Virus record (IMG/VR): IMGVR_UViG_3300027977_000027
Location: 9,021-73,020 of that record
Reading direction: 5' to 3' (one strand)
DNA from: a virus
Length of the DNA: 64,000 nt
Part shown: piece after piece, positions 59,158 through 64,000 of the stretch
How positions within the stretch are numbered: the first letter of the stretch is position 1
How the letters are laid out: the number at the start of each line of letters is the position of its first letter
Position numbers and translations under genes: made by a program
The notes under the pieces: generated by a model
Seen by the model: the letters and a program-made list of their open reading frames with translations, nothing else
Told to the model about the DNA's origin: nothing
The model's database searches: none

Positions 59158-59745
59158 ATGGCAACAGAAATACAAAAACTTTACGAATTAGAATACAATG
59201 AGGTTGTAGCTATCTCTGTAATTGAATCAGATGAAGATTTGCGTTTAATATTCTCTGATGAAGTAAAATTACCTTTTAATATGGTAAGAACTTTATCTCT
59301 AGATAACAGACTTAGCGAAGAAACTAAAAGTTTGATAAAACAGCTATTTGATAAAATAATATTGACAAAGGAACCTCTTTGTGAAAAATATAAAAGGTTA
59401 TCCAACCAAAATGGTATCCAAGTAACACAAGTTGAAGAACCAAAAGAAGCGGTTGTTGAAGTTAAAAAAGATACCCCAAAAAAGACCAAACTATTACCAA
59501 GACGATATGGTAAAGCACAAATAAACAAAGACATTCAAAATCAAAGTGGTAAAGCAACTAACGCCCAATTAACAGCTTTGGCAGTAAATGATTTGAAGAA
59601 TTTGTATGTTAATCTTAGCAACAGAATGGTACACGATATGTTAAGTGGTGCACCTATATTGACTGATGTAGAATATAGAGAAATTAGGTCGACTATTACC
59701 ATATTGAAAAATAAAATGAAACCAATTTTAAAAAAGACAAAATAA
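59158..59745 (+). CDS. Hypothetical protein
   Basis: ORF after a promoter. Confidence 0.65.
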   Translation: MATEIQKLYELEYNEVVAISVIESDEDLRLIFSDEVKLPFNMVRTLSLDNRLSEETKSLIKQLFDKIILTKEPLCEKYKRLSNQNGIQVTQVEEPKEAVVEVKKDTPKKTKLLPRRYGKAQINKDIQNQSGKATNAQLTALAVNDLKNLYVNLSNRMVHDMLSGAPILTDVEYREIRSTITILKNKMKPILKKTK

Positions 59746-59796
59746 TTTTTGGAGATATCAAATTAATTATGTACCTTTGTATTAAATTTAAACAAA

Positions 59797-60093
59797 ATGA
59801 CAAAAACTAAAAAAACAAAATCGTCTGTTGAGACAACTGGAAACAAAGAACTGGATAAAATGTTAGCTGTTATGGCTGAAGCAAAAAAATCTGGTAAAAA
59901 GAATGTTGTTGTGTTTACAACAGCTAGAAAACACCACAAAAAAGAAATGGCCAGTGAAATAGGCTTTTCAGCTAGTGACCTTAAACCAAAATTCTACGAA
60001 GCGTATAAATACTTTTTGTGCAAACATGATGCGACTACACGTCTTTTAAACCCAGAAGAATTAGCTGTTGAGTGGATTGTAAACCTTAAGTAA
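59797..60093 (+). CDS. Hypothetical protein
   Basis: ORF after a promoter. Confidence 0.65.
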   Translation: MTKTKKTKSSVETTGNKELDKMLAVMAEAKKSGKKNVVVFTTARKHHKKEMASEIGFSASDLKPKFYEAYKYFLCKHDATTRLLNPEELAVEWIVNLK

Positions 60094-60109
60094 TCAAACC
60101 TAATCTATA

Positions 60110-60484
60110 ATGGCTAGTATCAAAGTTCGTTTTAATCTTGGAAGAGGAGTTAACTACATGAAGTGGAAAGTAATTTTCCCCGATGGTAATACTGAGTATT
60201 ATTCACCAACTGATGTTCAATTGGTTTTAAATAAGTGTCAAGTTAAAAATAACAAGTCAGCAGCCAAAAAGATTTTTGAAGGTGGTACAAAGATTGTTTG
60301 TGCATGGATATTGTGTGAAGATATGGCAATAAAAACACATGGTTTTAATCAATCTGATGCAAAAGGACAAAGATTACGTTATAATCCACGTATTGAACCT
60401 AATTGGGTCGCTAATGGAATGAATGTGGATAGTATGAAATTCAATAGAATTGAAAGTGTTGATTATGGTTTGTATATTATGTAA
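60110..60484 (+). CDS. Hypothetical phage protein
   Basis: VRFNL...W...YNP pattern. Confidence 0.65.
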   Translation: MASIKVRFNLGRGVNYMKWKVIFPDGNTEYYSPTDVQLVLNKCQVKNNKSAAKKIFEGGTKIVCAWILCEDMAIKTHGFNQSDAKGQRLRYNPRIEPNWVANGMNVDSMKFNRIESVDYGLYIM

Positions 60485-60500
60485 TAAAAACTAAAAAAAA

Positions 60501-60974
60501 ATGAAATTTTATAACACACGAAAGACATCAAGTGGTCAGTATTGGACAACTGAGTTCTCAGCCAATGAGATGACCAACATAAATGTTGTAACACTTGTTA
60601 TTGTATGTGCTATACTGGCTCCTTTGGCCGCTATTGCATCAGCGATACTAGTTCTTGTAACAATTCACGACTTGGAAGATGAAGGCATTGTCCCAAGTAT
60701 ATTTGGGGCGCTCATAAGCATTATATTCTTGTTGGATATATATTATCACTTTATTATAAGGGTTGTGCTTTACATAATGTTTGGTGAAGAATGGATACAA
60801 ACGTTTTTCCATTTGAACGTTGCTTATCTTGCTATCCATGCCTTTTTGATTTTATTTGGTCATTACACATATAGAAGCACACGTGACAAATATACTTTGT
60901 TCTATATATGTGCTGCGATTGGAGTTATTGCATATTTTGTATCTAGTGCGATGATAACAATTAGACCTTACTAA
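60501..60974 (+). CDS. Membrane protein
   Basis: About four hydrophobic segments. Confidence 0.65.
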   Translation: MKFYNTRKTSSGQYWTTEFSANEMTNINVVTLVIVCAILAPLAAIASAILVLVTIHDLEDEGIVPSIFGALISIIFLLDIYYHFIIRVVLYIMFGEEWIQTFFHLNVAYLAIHAFLILFGHYTYRSTRDKYTLFYICAAIGVIAYFVSSAMITIRPY

Positions 60975-60998
60975 TTATTTGATTGATAAAGAGTCGAT

Positions 60999-61346
60999 AT
61001 GAAAAGATTAAGATTTTACAAAGAATGTGATAACAGATGGTATATTGATTTACCTGAATGGACTGGAAGCAAAGCCGAACTTGAAATGGTTGCTGGTGCA
61101 GATAGTATGCTCGAATATGTGGCAGAAGGTGAAGGGCAAGTTTGGTTAATATTATCAGTAGATGAATTTGAAAATGCTGATAAGTTGGAATATATAAGAC
61201 TTGCTACGGAAATTGAAAATGGAGCGTTTTACAAACTTGATAAATACAGAGGAGTTGAAGTAGGGGCTGAAATGTGGCTTTGTGATGTAACAAAGTTTGT
61301 ATTTGGTGACTTTCCGAAGACGATATTTTTATCAACCACAATTTGA
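60999..61346 (+). CDS. Hypothetical protein (DUF6717-like)
   Basis: WYIDLP...LEMVAGAD...WLCDVT.FVFG.FP. Confidence 0.65.
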   Translation: MKRLRFYKECDNRWYIDLPEWTGSKAELEMVAGADSMLEYVAEGEGQVWLILSVDEFENADKLEYIRLATEIENGAFYKLDKYRGVEVGAEMWLCDVTKFVFGDFPKTIFLSTTI

Positions 61347-61884
61347 AGCTAATGTACAATGATAAATCAAATAAATATCACGATTGGATGTACATCTAGT
61401 TTTTTTATTTGGAAATGTCAAAACTTATTCGTACCTTTGTAAAAAAATAAATTATGGAATTTATTAAACATATATTCGGTTTCTGTGGTGAAACCCATCC
61501 ATCATTAATTAATTTGTTAATTTTTGGTGGACTACCTTTTGTATCATTTTTTTATTTTTTAAAAAACAATATTATAAATTTGTTTTTTAAATTAAAAACG
61601 GTTATATTTGAATTAATCAAATAATTTCACTATGAAAAAAAAATTGTTTTTGTTGGGATTAATGACCTACACTACAGGAATTTCAATTTTGGTAATTTAC
61701 TTTTTAATGACAAATTGCACAAGACCTGTCTGTAATGATATAAATGCTGTAGGTTGTATTTGTAAAAATCAAAAAACAATATTTCTTCCTGGAGTACCAA
61801 GACAAACTTCATTAGAACCTTATTGTATTGATTCTTGTAAAAATGAAGGTGGATTTTTAAATTATATTTGTACAAAATAAACAA

Positions 61885-62412
61885 ATGAGTTACATTGTAG
61901 TAGATGTGGAAGCCGATGGAGCAATACCACACAAGTATTCGATGGTTTGTTTCGGTGCCGTAATAGTTGAACCGACACTTACCAAAACATTTTATGGAAA
62001 AACAAAACCAATTTCAAATGAATGGGTTGCTGATGCTTTAGCTGTATCAGGTTTTAGCCGTGAAGAACACGAAAAGTTTGACGACCCTAAAAAGGTTATG
62101 GAAAACTTTGCCGAATGGATTGCTAAAAATTCAAACGGTAAACCAATTTTTATAAGTGATAACCCTGCTTTTGATTGGCAATGGATTAATTACTATTTCC
62201 ATAGCTATTTAGGGAAAAACCCATTTGGTTTTTCTGCGAGGCGTATAGGTGATTTGTATTGCGGAATGAAAATGGATACTGGATTAAATTCAGAGTGGAA
62301 AAGATTGTACCGAAAAACAACACACGACCACAACCCTGTTAATGATGCAAAAGGTAACGCAGAAGCATTATTAGCAATGAAGAAAATGGGTTTGAAATTA
62401 CCAACGTATTAA
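61885..62412 (+). CDS. DEDDh 3'-5' exonuclease-like protein
   Basis: VDVEADG, FDW, H.P..DA. Confidence 0.85.
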   Translation: MSYIVVDVEADGAIPHKYSMVCFGAVIVEPTLTKTFYGKTKPISNEWVADALAVSGFSREEHEKFDDPKKVMENFAEWIAKNSNGKPIFISDNPAFDWQWINYYFHSYLGKNPFGFSARRIGDLYCGMKMDTGLNSEWKRLYRKTTHDHNPVNDAKGNAEALLAMKKMGLKLPTY

Positions 62413-62481
62413 AAGAGCGTGGGCAGATTGTTTCTTTTTCGTTCTCATAAAAGTTCAATCGAAGCACGTCTACCCACTTTC

Positions 62482-62573
62482 ATATAACGGTTGCGTATAT
62501 GAGAGGTACGCCACCTAAAAACTAAAATAAATGTGAACCCGCTTATTGGCGTATCTCATATACGTTGTTAGGC
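62482..62573 (+). repeat. attC-like site 1
   Basis: ATATAAC...cgtatatgaga/tctcatatacg inverted repeat...GTTAGGC. Confidence 0.7.
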
Positions 62574-62588
62574 ACAGTACGGTAAATT

Positions 62589-62792
62589 ATGAAAATATCT
62601 GAATTAATTGCAAAACTTAAAGACATCAAAAACAAAGAGGGTGATTTGAATGTATGTGTTTCAGAATCACACGAATATTGGGGTAGCGTAGAGTCGCATC
62701 TTAGTGAGTATAACATGTATGTTAGTGAACACGCACAACCCGATGGCCCAAAATCAGGTAAGTCTGAAAAGTCTGTTGTTTTTCAGTACTAG
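62589..62792 (+). CDS. Cassette gene, hypothetical
   Basis: Single ORF between attC-like sites. Confidence 0.65.
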   Translation: MKISELIAKLKDIKNKEGDLNVCVSESHEYWGSVESHLSEYNMYVSEHAQPDGPKSGKSEKSVVFQY

Positions 62793-62803
62793 TGTAGTAT
62801 TGT

Positions 62804-62920
62804 ACATAACGTTTCTCAGCTTTTCGAACACAAAACTTCATTAGAATTACAAATTTTAAAATTTAGATAAAAATGTCAATAGAAGAACAAAACGGCAATT
62901 TTGCCAAACCCGTGTTAGCG
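62804..62920 (+). repeat. attC-like site 2 (degenerate)
   Basis: ACATAAC...GTTAGCG; weak internal symmetry. Confidence 0.55.
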
Positions 62921-63466
62921 GTTCGTTTTATTTCGGAGAACATAATCGTAGACAGATTTCCTGTTTCAAAAGAGATAAAAGAGGGTGGCAAACATAATGA
63001 ATGCCAAGTAATAATTAATGTATCAGATGAATTTTACTTGGGTAATTCAGAAGAAATAATGAAAGAAGGAAAACTTAACTACTATTTCCCAATGGGTGAA
63101 AGTGGTGACTTGATGGGTTTAAATTCAATGTTTGGAGTATTACAAGTATTGCACCAAATCTATACTTGGAATCCTGAATGGAAAGTATTACTTCATTGTC
63201 AAGCAGGTAAAAATAGAAGTCCAACGATAAAAGCCTGTTTCTACTATATGATGTTAGGTGAGCATGAGCCTGATGTACTTGACAATAATAATGAAGTAAA
63301 ATATCGTAATAGACTTTTAGTAAACTGTGAAAGAAACCATTTACCACCATTAAAACAGACTGAATTGTTTTTGTCAAAATGCAAAGAAGCGTTTGATAAC
63401 CCCGAAAAGTTTTTCGGTGGGATGTTTGACTGGGTAATGTCGGAGTCTGGATGCTCTTTAAAATGA
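62873..63466 (+). CDS. Cassette gene, dual-specificity/PTP-like phosphatase
   Basis: HCQAGKNRS (CX5R). Confidence 0.75.
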   Translation: MSIEEQNGNFAKPVLAVRFISENIIVDRFPVSKEIKEGGKHNECQVIINVSDEFYLGNSEEIMKEGKLNYYFPMGESGDLMGLNSMFGVLQVLHQIYTWNPEWKVLLHCQAGKNRSPTIKACFYYMMLGEHEPDVLDNNNEVKYRNRLLVNCERNHLPPLKQTELFLSKCKEAFDNPEKFFGGMFDWVMSESGCSLK

Positions 63467-63467
63467 C

Positions 63468-63561
63468 CGATAACGGTTGGGTGTATGAGAAGGTTTGCTT
63501 GTAGAATCTTTCAAATTAGCACAACTGTTAATAGCAAACTTTCTTATACACCTTGTTAGCA
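63468..63561 (+). repeat. attC-like site 3
   Basis: CGATAAC...ggtgtatgagaaggtttgct/agcaaacttttcttatacacc...GTTAGCA. Confidence 0.7.
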
Positions 63562-63630
63562 CCAGTACGGTTTATTTAAGGTAAACTTGATTAATTGAAT
63601 AATTATTAGTATATTTGTAAAAAAATGATT

Positions 63631-63879
63631 ATGGAAAAATATATAAACAAAATGATTGAAGATGGGTTTAAATTAGCCCAAAAACACGAACAAATTAGAG
63701 AAGAAATGTTTGATGATGGTTATTTACCACAAGAAATGAAAGAAGAATTGGTTAAACTAAAACAAGATTTTGAAGAACAACGTTTAAAGGATGAAAAATA
63801 TATAGAGGATAATAAACATAGAAAAATTGTCGGGTATAATCCAGAAAACTTTATGCCTATCTTCGAAGACGAAAAGTAG
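63631..63879 (+). CDS. Cassette gene, hypothetical
   Basis: Single ORF between attC-like sites. Confidence 0.6.
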   Translation: MEKYINKMIEDGFKLAQKHEQIREEMFDDGYLPQEMKEELVKLKQDFEEQRLKDEKYIEDNKHRKIVGYNPENFMPIFEDEK

Positions 63880-63885
63880 TATTGG

Positions 63886-63939
63886 TGCTAACGTCTAATG
63901 ATAAACAATCGTTTTAATGTTGTTTATCATTTGTTAGGT
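63886..63939 (+). repeat. attC-like site 4
   Basis: TGCTAAC...aatgataaacaa/ttgtttatcatt...GTTAGGT. Confidence 0.7.
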
Positions 63940-64000
63940 TTTGTTAAATTATTGTTTTACAAATTAAAAATAAAAAATATGGAAGATATAAATTGGAATA

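Noticed and set aside
62482-63939. CRISPR array
   Set aside because: The repeats are long, divergent palindromes separated by whole genes, and no cas genes are present.
1-64000. Stop-codon reassignment as in some Bacteroidota jumbo phages
   Set aside because: Conserved genes are full length in code 11, TAG and TGA end complete proteins, and no suppressor tRNA was seen.

Overview
An AT-rich segment of a jumbo phage genome in the standard genetic code. The host is most likely a Bacteroidota species: there are about 20 TAnnTTTG -7 promoter boxes (mostly GTACCTTTG), and ribosome-binding regions are A-rich without Shine-Dalgarno sequences. The window is dominated by translation-support and RNA-repair functions: two tRNA arrays, tmRNA, SmpB, ClpP, RNase R, IF3, a Pth2-like protein, a CCA-adding enzyme, two RNA ligases, a kinase-2H phosphoesterase, HAD phosphatases and a Ro60/TROVE-related protein. 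It also carries a DNA ligase, a sigma70 factor, DnaJ, an endolysin and many free-standing homing endonuclease genes. Main observation: each tRNA array is preceded by a near-identical 5' UTR, an unannotated 30-33 codon leader ORF whose codons match the anticodons of that array, and an antiterminator/terminator pair. This suggests ribosome-stalling attenuators that switch on replacement tRNAs when those tRNAs are depleted. Other notable items: an RNA ligase gene fractured by a naturally split intein around an endonuclease gene, a CCA enzyme split in two without an intron or intein, a family of Y-RNA-like and tRNA-like RNAs, a shared capsid-targeting-like N-terminal peptide, and an attC-like gene cassette array at the right end. 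All calls come from motif reading by eye; no searches or folding programs were run.
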